A stretch of DNA of 64,000 nucleotides, from the NCBI RefSeq assembly GCF_001194135.2, contig NC_068989.1, positions 43,663,697 to 43,727,696 of the forward strand, in the 5' to 3' direction. Made by a program: the position numbers and the translations under genes. The stretch comes from Octopus bimaculoides (taxonomy: Eukaryota). Positions 52,588 to 64,000 of the stretch are shown piece after piece. Every line of letters begins with the position of its first letter. Position 1 is the first letter of the stretch. A model generated the notes under the pieces. It was not told where the DNA came from. It did not search any database and saw nothing but the letters and a program-made list of their open reading frames with translations.

Positions 52588-53639
52588 GTATGTATATATG
52601 TATATATGTGTGTGTGTATGTATGTGTGTGTGTATGTATATATATATATAAATATGTATATGTATATAAATATGTATATGTATATATNNNNNNNNNNNNN
52701 NNNNNNNNNNNNNNNNNNNNNNNNNNNNNNNNNNNNNNNNNNNNNNNNNNNNNNNNNNNNNNNNNNNNNNNNNNNNNNNNNNNNNNNNNNNNNNNNNNNN
52801 NNNNNNNNNNNNNNNNNNNNNNNNNNNNNNNNNNNNNNNNNNNNNNNNNNNNNNNNNNNNNNNNNNNNNNNNNNNNNNNNNNNNNNNNNNNNNNNNNNNN
52901 NNNNNNNNNNNNNNNNNNNNNNNNNNNNNNNNNNNNNNNNNNNNNNNNNNNNNNNNNNNNNNNNNNNNNNNNNNNNNNNNNNNNNNNNNNNNNNNNNNNN
53001 NNNNNNNNNNNNNNNNNNNNNNNNNNNNNNNNNNNNNNNNNNNNNNNNNNNNNNNNNNNNNNNNNNNNNNNNNNNNNNNNNNNNNNNNNNNNNNNNNNNN
53101 NNNNNNNNNNNNNNNNNNNNNNNNNNNNNNNNNNNNNNNNNNNNNNNNNNNNNNNNNNNNNNNNNNNNNNNNNNNNNNNNNNNNNNNNNNNNNNNNNNNN
53201 NNNNNNNNNNNNNNNNNNNNNNNNNNNNNNNNNNNNNNNNNNNNNNNNNNNNNNNNNNNNNNNNNNNNNNNNNNNNNNNNNNNNNNNNNNNNNNNNNNNN
53301 NNNNNNNNNNNNNNNNNNNNNNNNNNNNNNNNNNNNNNNNNNNNNNNNNNNNNNNNNNNNNNNNNNNNNNNNNNNNNNNNNNNNNNNNNNNNNNNNNNNN
53401 NNNNNNNNNNNNNNNNNNNNNNNNNNNNNNNNNNNNNNNNNNNNNNNNNNNNNNNNNNNNNNNNNNNNNNNNNNNNNNNNNNNNNNNNNNNNNNNNNNNN
53501 NNNNNNNNNNNNNNNNNNNNNNNNNNNNNNNNNNNNNNNNNNNNNNNNNNNNNNNNNNNNNNNNNNNNNNNNNNNNNNNNNNNNNNNNNNNNNNNNNNNN
53601 NNNNNNNNNNTATATATATATATATATATATATATGAGG

Positions 53640-53958
53640 ATCCCCCTTGGTCATGTATGACCATGGAATTGCACCTAGAAAGTTACCCTCCAAGGCACAA
53701 ATCTGGATAAAGGTTGTTTATGGTAGACCAGCAGTCGCCCATGCATACCAGCTACCCCTCTCCACACCACTGGTGTTATCCAAGGGAAAGGCAAAGGCCA
53801 ATACAGCTTGGCACCAGTGATGTCGTATTTCATTCTACAGTTGAGTGAACTGGAGCAATGTGAAATAAAGTGTCTTGCTCAAGAACACAAAACACAGCCT
53901 GATCTGGGAATTGAACTCACTACCTCATGATTGCGAGTCCAACACTCTAAGCACTCAG
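53640..53958 (-). mobile_element. tRNA-headed CORE-type SINE; related copies at about 23335-23480 (-) and 56232-56420 (+)
   Basis: The reverse complement contains gagttcaattccc (B-box) followed by gtgttcttgagcaagacactttatttcacattgctccagttcactca, which resembles the CORE domain. Confidence 0.7.
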
Positions 53959-54468
53959 TTGTGTGTATGTGAGTGTATGTGTGCATGCATGTCTGTATGT
54001 CTGTGCTTCCTTGTTTCGACATCACATGATAGTTTAAATGAATGTCATCACCATACAAATGGTGTCATTTGTTTCCAATTTTCTATGAAAAGATGCTTAG
54101 GTTGGAGACAGCAATGGCATCAAACTGCAGAAAATCAGCTTCGACAAATTCTGTCCAACCCATATAAGCATAGATAAAATGGACATTAAACAATGATAAT
54201 GACACTGTGAAGCTGCCTTGGTTAGTACCAAGTATTTGTTTAGTAGCTTAACTGACTGCATTATTATTACTACTGCGGCCTCAATATCATCACGGGATTC
54301 AATAATTTCAGAACATCTACCAAGCCTTTGTTACTGCAAAGAGTTTTATTGAACAGTTATCTGGTAGTTAAATATCATTAGTCATTGATTAGTTAAATAT
54401 CATTAAGTTCTGGCAGTTGTAAGTGGACAAAGAATAGAAGAGACAATTCAAACAAGGCGATCTTTTAT

Positions 54469-54509
<41 letters not shown>

Positions 54510-54539
54510 TATCTATCTATCTATCTATTTATATAATAA

Positions 54540-54979
54540 TAATAATAATCCTTTCTACTATAGGCACAAGGCCTGAAATTTTGGGGGAGGGGCCAGTCAA
54601 TTAGTATGCAACTGGTACTTAATTTATCAACCCTAAAAGGATGAAAGACAAAGCTGACCTTGGCAGAACTTGAACTCAGAATGCAGCAACAGGCAAAATA
54701 CCACTAAGCATTTTGTCCACCATGCTAACGATTCTGTCAGCTTGCCACCTAATTAATAATAATAATAATCCTTTCTACTAAAGGCACAAGGCCTGAAATT
54801 TTGGTGGAGGGGACTAATCGATCACATTGACCCCAGTGCTCAACTGGCACTTAGATTATTGATCCTGAAAGGATGAAAGGCAAAGTCAACCTGAGCAAAA
54901 TTTGAACTCAGAACATAAAGACAGACAAAATGTCACTAAGCATTTCGTTCAGTGTGCTAACGGTTCTGCCAGCTCACTG

Positions 54980-54990
<11 letters not shown>
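54540..54990 (-). mobile_element. Two tandem family B SINEs; a similar pair lies at 59705-60170
   Basis: Two units of about 215 bp separated by (TAA)n. Confidence 0.85.
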
Positions 54991-55021
<31 letters not shown>

Positions 55022-55028
55022 TAATAAC

Positions 55029-55245
55029 CTATGTAAAATACTGACTATGTAATCTCAAATTTTAAAACAGACTCATAATTTTCTCATCGTTTCTTAAACA
55101 TTCTCTAGAACAATACCATGTACAAAACCAAATATATGGCACCCTAGGCATAACACCAACATGAACTTCTAACTTGTTGTCTCTTGAGGTCTCTGGCTGA
55201 GACTTGGAGCCAACTTGTACAAATGCAAACCAAAAGTCAAACATA
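55029..55245 (+). mobile_element. Extreme 3' end of an R4/Dong-like LINE embedded in (TAA)n
   Basis: LCKILTM* parallels the LRKTLSIQ* terminus of the copy at 37931-38515. (TAA)n lies on both sides. Confidence 0.5.
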
Positions 55246-56678
55246 AAATAATAATAATAATAAAATGCAAGGCGAATTTAAAAGAGAATAGAAAGAGTAG
55301 AAAAATAGAGCACATTATTAACAAACCATTAGTGAATATCATCTCATTGCAAAATACCCAGAGGAGGAGGAAGTGGTGGTAGTGGGAGCAGGTGGAGGGG
55401 GTTCAACGAAGTATACAGTTTCGGATACATGATCACAGTATGGTTTCATTAATTAAATGATCTTAGAGTTTGTGTACAAAAGCCCGTCTCTGAATCTGAA
55501 TGCAAGAGTTTCTATTTGGTAAAAAGTGAGTGGTGATAGCAATGCATTTTAAATAACTGCCATATAAGATTAAATCCATATAATTTGGGTGCTGCTATAA
55601 ATGGTACAATGTACTTTCAATTGGCCTTTCAGTAATTATATACATATGTGTGTGTGCATTTGAGAATGTGTGTATGAACCAATCAATCAGTAATTGGTCT
55701 TCCTATAATTACATGTATACGTGTGTGTGTGTGTGTGCGTGCGTGCATGTGAATTCATCAACTAGCAATTACAATATAATTTAAATAAAAGCAAAGAGAA
55801 GAATTTTCTGTTAAAAGAACTGAAGATGTCTTTTGTGACTTTAATAGTTAAAGAAGCAGTGCCCATAAGCTCGTTATATAGTGTGAATTGAAGAATCAAG
55901 ATAATTAGCTTCAGTTAATTATGGGTAATAAATTTGAAATGATGAAAGTCAATTCAAATTTCTTCATAATCCAACCGAGTGGCCGGTTTCGATCAATGTT
56001 TAACTCTCTGGTTTCATAAAATGTGGGAGAACAGAGTCAGATCTTTGGATAAGACACTAAGATATCACTGGTATCTATTGTTAAAGTGGACTGAAGAATG
56101 TAGAATTAATGTCCTCCAGAAATACAAATGAATAATAGCAGTCAACTTTTCCTGAAATCATACTGTGTTACCTTAAAAAAGAAAGGACACATTCAGTAAC
56201 GTAGTCTTACATACTGTTCACATGTGTGAAGGCACATGGTCAAGTGGTTGAGTTGTTGGGCTCATGATCATTACATCATGCATTCAATTCCTGGACAGGG
56301 CAACATGTTGTGTCCTTGCACAAGGCACTTCATTACATGTTGCTCTAGAGTACTCAGCTGTAATGAATACCAGCCAGACAACTGGCACAGCTCTTTCTCC
56401 TTTCAGTACTGTACTGAAGAAGACCCTCCCATCACAACAGAATTGAAATCCTAAAACCAAGGTGCCATGTAAAAAGCATTTGTGCCACATAAAAAGCACT
56501 GGTGCTGATACCATCTGAAGATTACACTGTAAAGTGGCTGGCATTAAGGGTATCCAGGAGCAGAAACCAAGCCAAAACAGACTTTGGAACCTGCTGTGGT
56601 CCCTAGCTTTGCTTGTTCCTGTCAAGCTGCCCAACTTATGCCAGCATGGAAAACAGACATTAAATGTTGATAATGATG

Positions 56679-56707
<29 letters not shown>

Positions 56708-56709
<2 letters not shown>

Positions 56710-56877
56710 AGGAAATAATTTTATTCTCAAACGCAGGATAATGTTGATAATATAGCATGAAGAGGATAAACTATCCATATTTTGCTGAAAAATCTGTCGC
56801 TGGCTAGCCATGAGACTCGAACTCACATCCCTGTGATTACGCGTCATCCTGTGTTTGAGAATAAATTATTTCCTTAT
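56708..56877. repeat. Short inverted-repeat element enclosing a tRNA T-arm-like segment
   Basis: taaggaaataattttattctcaaacgcaggat mirrors atcctgtgtttgagaataaattatttccttat. Confidence 0.7.
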
Positions 56878-56938
56878 CTTTCAATATATCTCAATGCTTC
56901 TAAAGCAAACTTTATTTGTTGACTTTCAACGTAAGTTG

Positions 56939-56979
<41 letters not shown>

Positions 56980-57198
56980 CAGAAATCCCATACCATATCG
57001 TGATTCACCTATCGCAGTTTATTATTTAAGCTTACGCTGATTCCTCAGTGGTGTTGTATTGCATTTATAATAAAATAAAAATATACAAATTGTAAAAATA
57101 ATTTTAAAAATATATACAGTACTGTTTCTACTTCACTGATTTTGACCAATCGCAAGGGACTTTAGAACTTACCACCCGCGACAGCCGAGGGATTACTG
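56980..57198. mobile_element. Tigger/pogo-type MITE with TA TSD
   Basis: TA-cagaaatcccatacc ... gccgagggattactg-TA. Confidence 0.75.
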
Positions 57199-57979
57199 TA
57201 TATGTAAATATTACTTGTTTAAGTCTTCCAACTGCAACCATGCTGGGGCATTGCCTTGGAGGGTTTAGCTGCACAGGTTGATCTCAGTAATGTTTTAAAA
57301 TCTGGTATTTACTCGACCAGACTCTTTTGCCAAACTGCTTGATTAAACCAACACCAGTTCTGAAGTGGTGGCTGGGGGACAAACATAAACACACACACAC
57401 ACATACAAATATCTATGAGGCTTCTTTCAGTTTCTACCTACCAAATCCACTCACAAGCCTGTAATCACCTGGAATTATATAGAAGACACTTGCTCAAGAA
57501 GATACTTGTCGCACAGTGGGGTTGAACTCAAGGACACATAGTTGGGAAGCAAGCTCCTTAAATACACCACTATGCCTGCATCAATACACACACAAAGACA
57601 CAACACACACACACACATTAGGTGGTGGGGGCATGTTTAAAAATACACTAGGAAAATTGAAGGAAAAATAAATCAGCTTTTCCATTTCCTTTACCAGAGA
57701 GCTCTTTTTAGTTTTAGGGGATAATCAAAATAGCTTGTTGATCCCTGCATGTGTAATATGATTAGAAGACCAGCTGGTGGTATGAAATCGTTAAAAGAAA
57801 TTTTCCGAAAGAAGTAATTCCCATGATGTTTATTGACCAAAGAAAAAAAAATAAGAGGAAGCCAAAACAACTTCCCAACTGAATTTTATCATCTTATGCC
57901 ATCAAATATCATTGATTTAACACAAGTAAAGTATGGCGCAAGCTACCAGGATAATTGCTACAAAAAATACAACATTCAA

Positions 57980-59247
57980 GACACAAGTGTGGCTGTGTGG
58001 TAAGAAGCTACATGGTTTCAGGTTCACTCCCATTGTGTGGCACCTTCAGCAAGTGTCTTCTATTATGTGGTCTGATCAATAAGTATCCGGACTGTTGTCA
58101 TAGTAACGAAGCTAAAGCACCCAGAGTGAAGATGCTTGACACAGATTCACCTTGAACTCTGCTGTGCATGCACACTGAGTTTTAACGTTCTAGCTCGCTT
58201 CTGCTGTTTACAGCAGTGGTTGGAAGTAATGTGTGTAATGTGTGATTGTCATATTGACCATGATGGAGAAAGTTGAGCAGAGAAATTGCACCAAATTTTG
58301 CCAAAAGCTTGGTGATACCTGCTCAGAGGCCTACACAAAGTTTTCAAAAAGTTTTCATCGTTCTCGACATAATCAAGGAGATATTGTGTCTTTTTGGTCA
58401 GTGTCTTTTGTTCAGCTGAAAACAGTTTAGGCACAAACTTGGCAGACACGCATCTCATACCCAAATCTTCAGTGATAATGGACTGAACTGTAACTAATCT
58501 ACACATCCTCTGATAACTCACAGATGGTGATTTGACAACTTCCTCCTCACAGCTGCATGCACATCTGCGATGTTTTTCTCAATTCTGCTGGTTGTGGGTC
58601 TCCCTGAACGTTCATTATTATTGACATTTTTTCGGTCACCTTGGAAACGGCTGAACCACTCATACTCTTGTGTGTGACTCATACACTTTCTGCAACTTTG
58701 CGTAAGCCTCTGAGCAGGTATTGCCATGACAACATTTTCTGAAATGGTCAATGCAATGATCACGTTACACACATTACTTCTAAGCACTACTGTAAACAGG
58801 GAAAGTGAGTTAGAACGTTAAAACTTAGTGTGCCTGCACAACAGAAGTCAAGGTAAATCTGTGCCAAGTGGCACTTCACTCCGCATGTTTTGGCTTTGTT
58901 ACTATGGCAACAGTCCGGATACTTATTGATCAGACCTCGTATAGCCTCAGGCTGACCAAAGCCTTGTCAGTGGATTTGGTAGATGGGAGCTGAAAGAAGC
59001 CTGTCATGTACATATATATTCGTGTGTGCGTATCTTTGTGTCTTTGTCCCCCAGCACCACTTCGCAACTAGTGCTAGTGTTTCTGTCCTTGTAACTTAGC
59101 GCTTTGGCGAAAGATATTGACAGAATAAGTATCAGGCTTAAAAAATAAGTACTTGAGTCGATTCATTCGACTAAAAGTCCTTCAAGGCAGTGCCCCAGCA
59201 TGGCCACAGTTTAATGACTGAAACAAGTAAAAAATAAGAGATAAAAG
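57980..59247 (+). mobile_element. Family A SINE split by a mariner-derived insertion
   Basis: The 5' part ends ...aagtgtcttctatTA and the 3' part resumes TAtagcctcaggctgaccaaagcc. The two are contiguous in intact copies (e.g. 61017-61050, 63587-63620). Confidence 0.85.
58064..58941. mobile_element. Foldback mariner derivative made of two 5' ends in inverted orientation, TA TSD
   Basis: The TIR ggtctgatcaataagtatccggactgttg occurs at both ends. The transposase N-terminus is on both strands (MEKVEQRNCTKFCQKLG on +; YEWFSRF...ERSGRPTTS...VSAKFVPK...DENFLKT on -). Confidence 0.9.
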
Positions 59248-60934
59248 TCCCAGAATTCTCAACGAACAAAAATACATGAATAAAACAACAAATTAAATGA
59301 TAGGTAAGTTAAAGGAGATCACCAGTCACCCCTTTAAGAAAACAGCATCTTATAATTACCCCTTCCCTTTGTTTTGGTAAAATAAAAATTAAAAAAAGGC
59401 AAACTAACAGATTATTTAAATCAAGCAGAAGATAGTTTTGTGTAGTGGCTTGTTATCCATATTTTCTTATACCATCCCAATCCAGCTTAAATCACTTTTT
59501 ATTTAGATATTTGTGCAGGCTAAAGCCACCCGCCCAGTATAGATATTATTGAAGATAAGGACTAATGAAATTATATTGGATTTTGGCACATCACCAGCCA
59601 TGTTTCTGCTTACTAATAACACAATTTCCTACTCATATTCTAATGTCAACAAATATTTTTTCTGAAATGATGGAGATGTTTAAAATATAAGTATTATACT
59701 TGGTTTATTAATAATAATAATCTTTTCTACTAAAGGCACAAGGCCTGAAATTTTTGGGGAGGAGACTAGTCGATCACATCAACTCCAGTGTGTAACTGGT
59801 ACTTAATTTATCAACCTTGGAAGGATGAAAGGCAAAGTCAACTCTGGTGGTATTTGAACTGAGAACATGAAAACAGACGAAATGCCACTAAGTATTTTGC
59901 CTGGCATGCTAATGATTCTGCCAGCTCACTGGCTTAATAATAATAATAATAATCTTTTCTACTCTAGGCACAAGGCTTGAAATTTTTGGAGAGGAGGCCA
60001 GTCAATTATATAGATTCCAGTATGCAACTGGTACTGAATTTATCGACCCCAAAAGGATGAAAGACAAAGTCAACCCTGATGCCATTTGAACTCAGAACAT
60101 AAAGACAAACAAAATACCGCTAAGCATTTCGCATGGTGAGCTAATGATTATGCCAGCTCGCTGCCTTATTACTGATAATAATAATAATCACTACCATCAT
60201 CATAATTTTACTGTTCACTTTTCCATGCTTTGCTTGTATGAAGTTCACAGAGGCAGATTTTCTAGAGCTGGATGCCCTTCCTGTCACCAATATTTACTTG
60301 TTCCCAAGCAAGGTAATATTTCCCCACAGTCAGACACATTTTCACAGAAGATTGGACATGAACAGTACCACTTGCATGATGGTCATACTCCTTTACAACT
60401 ATTGTTCAATGTCAAGATGAGGAGATACAAAGAGATGTGCACGCACGCACGCACGCACACACACATACATACATACATACATACATACATACAATGAGCT
60501 TTCAAGTTTCATCCAGGTTCAGCCCCATAGTTTCAGTCAGCCTGATGTTATAAGTAGAAGACACTTGCTAAAATTACCATGCAGTGGGATTGAACTCAAA
60601 ACCATGAAAAGAACGAAAATTCTTAACCACACACTTTTCACCTGTTTCTATTGAAAACCATAACCCCACTAAACACTCAATGCTTCCCAACGCCACCAAC
60701 ACCATGATGCTTCCTTATGACCTCATAATGCCCCCTAAGGATACATTATTATTTAGATAGAGAATTACTGAGTTATGGGATGGTGTACTGAATGATAAGT
60801 GCAAAAAATTCTTAGTTAATTCAAATTTTCCTCTTAGTTGGAGTAAGAGAATCAAAATTTAGAGGTAATAAGAGTCATTGTAAACAATTCTCTAAAACAA
60901 GGGGAGACACTTTCAAGAAATTAAGAATTAAGTG

Positions 60935-61325
60935 CAAGCATGACTGTGTGGTAAGAAGCTTGCTTCCCAACCACGTGGTTCTGGGTTCAGGCCCACTGCA
61001 TGGTACTTAGAGCAAGTATCTTCTACTTCAGCCTCAGGCCAACCAAAGCCTTGTGAACGGATTTAGCAGGTGGAAACTGAAAGAAACCCATCGTATATAT
61101 GTGTGTGCATGCATATGTGTTTGTCATCACCATCACTTGACAACTGATGTTGGTTTGTTAAGAATCCTATAACTTAGTGGTTTGGCAAAGGAGACCAATA
61201 CAATAAGTAACAGGCTTTACAAAAAAAATAAGCATTGGGCTTCATTTGTTTGATCCTTGAAAGCTGTGTCCCAGTATAGCTGCAGTCCAATAAGTGAAAC
61301 AAATATAAAAAATAAAAGATAAAAG
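60935..61325 (+). mobile_element. Full-length family A SINE
   Basis: gcaagcatgactgtgtggtaagaagcttgcttcccaacc...gggttcaggcccactg...gtgaaacaaatataaaa. Confidence 0.85.
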
Positions 61326-61559
61326 TTAACTGATTTATTAAGTTAGTTTATGTTCTTAGAGGAAAATTAGGTCTTTGCTAGCAAAGAGGACAACTTGGCC
61401 AACAGAGAGCTTGGTTATGAATGGGACTAAAGGAGCTGTCTGAGGAACAGATAGCTGGGTAGATAAATAGATATCATGATAGACTGGCAGATAGACAGGT
61501 GATCTTAAAGGCTGACAGTTAATTTGGGCTATCTGACAGACAAATCAAACACTGACAGC

Positions 61560-61591
<32 letters not shown>

Positions 61592-62423
61592 NNNNNNNNN
61601 NNNNNNNNNNNNNNNNNNNNNNNNNNNNNNNNNNNNNNNNNNNNNNNNNNNNNNNNNNNNNNNNNNNNNNNNNNNNNNNNNNNNNNNNNNNNNNNNNNNN
61701 NNNNNNNNNNNNNNNNNNNNNNNNNNNNNNNNNNNNNNNNNNNNNNNNNNNNNNNNNNNNNNNNNNNNNNNNNNNNNNNNNNNNNNNNNNNNNNNNNNNN
61801 NNNNNNNNNNNNNNNNNNNNNNNNNNNNNNNNNNNNNNNNNNNNNNNNNNNNNNNNNNNNNNNNNNNNNNNNNNNNNNNNNNNNNNNNNNNNNNNNNNNN
61901 NNNNNNNNNNNNNNNNNNNNNNNNNNNNNNNNNNNNNNNNNNNNNNNNNNNNNNNNNNNNNNNNNNNNNNNNNNNNNNNNNNNNNNNNNNNNNNNNNNNN
62001 NNNNNNNNNNNNNNNNNNNNNNNNNNNNNNNNNNNNNNNNNNAGAGAGAGAGAGAGAGAGAGAGAGAGAGCAAGTCAAGTCAAAGATAGACAGGGGAAAG
62101 CATTCAGTATAATGTAAACAGAGGTAATGAGTGATGACCTAATGGAAAGGCCTTCTCTATGACCTGGCACAACAAGAGCATAAAAGAAGAGCAGAGGTTT
62201 GGTCTACCATAAAGTCTCTGTTCTGATGAGCCTTTCATGTCAGTTTTGATCTTCTTCAATTTATTTTAAGAGGTGAAACAGCTGACTATATAAAGGTTAT
62301 AAGCTCAAGTGTGTGTGTGTTTGTGAATGTACACGCACACATAGACAGCATATATGCATACATACATATACACACACGTACATATATGAAATAAATGGAA
62401 TAACAAGAAAACAAGAATTACAT

Positions 62424-62566
62424 AATTAACTTCATTAACTTACAGCTGTTTCTGCTATAAGACACAGTGCACTCACAGCTGAGAGCTTGTGCATCAACTT
62501 ATAGCTTCCTGAAGTTTCCCTGTAGCTTTCTAAAGCAGAAACAGCTGTAAGTTAATAAAGTTGATT
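62424..62566. mobile_element. Small inverted-repeat element with a decayed hammerhead on the minus strand (62437-62516)
   Basis: aattaacttcattaacttacagctgtttctgct mirrors agcagaaacagctgtaagttaataaagttgatt. Minus strand reads AACT-TCAGGA-AGCTATAAG...CTTATAGCA-GAAA-CAGCTG-TA-AGTT. Confidence 0.65.
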
Positions 62567-63952
62567 ATGCAATCCCTGTTTCCTTTTCATTCCATTAATC
62601 TCATATAACACTCTCTTCTTGTTTAATGCTTTCTTCTGAAGCATACGTATATTGAGTTGTAACAGCAGGTTATTAGTATCACTCTGCATGGGGATTGTGT
62701 TGGATGCAGTGAATATCAGTTTGGGGGAGGAAAAGTGAAAGAGAGAAAAAAAAAGGGGATGAGAGGTGGTGACAAGAGACAGTAGTAATGATATAATGTG
62801 CAGGAAGGCTAGACAGGACCTCATTTTCTACTTGTTAAAACTTTGGTTTGTGCTAAGTTTACCCTGCAGCCTCTTGATTCTAAATATTGCTTCTGCCTTA
62901 TATCATTTCATACTGTCTCACTCTATTTAGAATACCAGCCTTGTGCTGGTGCAACCCTCACTCTTTCTCTCTCTCAAACTGTCACATCCTCAATGTTCCT
63001 TCCACTGGGTAAAGAGATGGGAAGACTGAGGTGTCTGTCCCTTTAGGACTACTAGGCACCAAAAAACATTTAGCAAAAGTGTGTTACATGCAACCAGGCC
63101 ATAACTGCTTCTGAGCAGCAGCTATGGTTTGGTTTTATATATATACTGAGTTTGTAGAGCATCAGACAGAATGCAATTCTGGTACTTTGGTATGTACTTT
63201 TTCATTGTGAGTTCAAATCTTTCCCAGGTCGTGTTTGTCTTTCATCCACTTTAGTACAATAAAATAAGCAGTGGGATTGATGTAATTAGCTGTATACTAG
63301 GAAGTAGTGCCTGCAGCGTGGCCCTATCTCAAGGGCTGTTTCGTTAAATATCTCACTTTTCAGCCATGTGTTTTCAAGTTCAGTTCCACAGTACAAAACT
63401 TTTACTAAATATTACACTCTCAATCTGATCAGTGGCATGTGAATGGGGTTGACAGATGGAAACTTTATAGAAGAGTTTCTTGTGTGAGTGTATGCACACA
63501 GGCACACAAACACGCACACACACACACATGCATCTCAAACCACATGATTCCAGGTTCTGGCCCACTGCATAGCATCTTGGGCAAATGTTTTCTACTATAG
63601 TCTCAGACCAACCGAAGCCTTGTGAGTGGATTTAGTAGATGAAAACTGAAAGATCATGTGGTGTGTGTGTGTGTGTGTGTGCTTGAGACATGTGATTTGT
63701 GGAAACATGCATAGTGATGCATTAAATGTTTATAAATTCCATCCAAGGATTATTGTAATCATTACTATATTCATCTTACATTATATTGGTACAGCTCAAT
63801 GCAACCCCAAAAAACTGGTTGACCAGTCAGCATCATTACACTATGATCGGCATAATGGAATAGTAGGTTAATTTGCATATTTAAAACGTTTCCCATAAAC
63901 AAATTTGAAAGATGTATACCTACATACATACATATAATATACATACATACAT

Positions 63953-64000
<48 letters not shown>

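Noticed and set aside
6170-62117. Long ORFs spanning N gaps or microsatellites (poly-[13 protein letters not shown], poly-I/V), e.g. 6170-7126, 52395-53660, 61519-62117
   Set aside because: They are artefacts of stop-free Ns and simple repeats.

Overview
AT-rich, microsatellite-dense animal genomic DNA with eight N-gaps. The repeat landscape resembles a coleoid cephalopod such as Octopus, which is an inference from the repeat families, not a database match. It contains tRNA-headed SINEs with (ATT)n or (GAT)n tails, RTE, CR1, Tx1 and R4/Dong-like LINE fragments, Penelope-like pieces, and mariner, pogo and hAT relics. Only one host coding exon is well supported: a 186-nt minus-strand tetraspanin exon (408-593) that resembles TSPAN15 (TspanC8 class); its first exon was not found. 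A possible plus-strand spliced unit (13657-13700 joined to 17110-17209) is tentative. The rest is intronic or intergenic and dominated by decayed transposons. The most notable signal is RNA-structural. A near-intact minimal type I hammerhead ribozyme (44011-44073, minus) lies downstream of a Penelope-like GIY-YIG fragment. Three unrelated inverted-repeat elements (1491-1803, 48692-49687, 62424-62566) carry decayed hammerheads with the same palindromic stem III (GAAA-CAGCTG-TA) and covarying stem I. Other points of interest are a two-left-end foldback mariner nested in a SINE, a self-nested TTAA MITE, and strand-ordered stacking of SINEs and Dong-like LINEs at TAA microsatellites. No prokaryotic features, rRNA, true tRNA or CRISPR were found.
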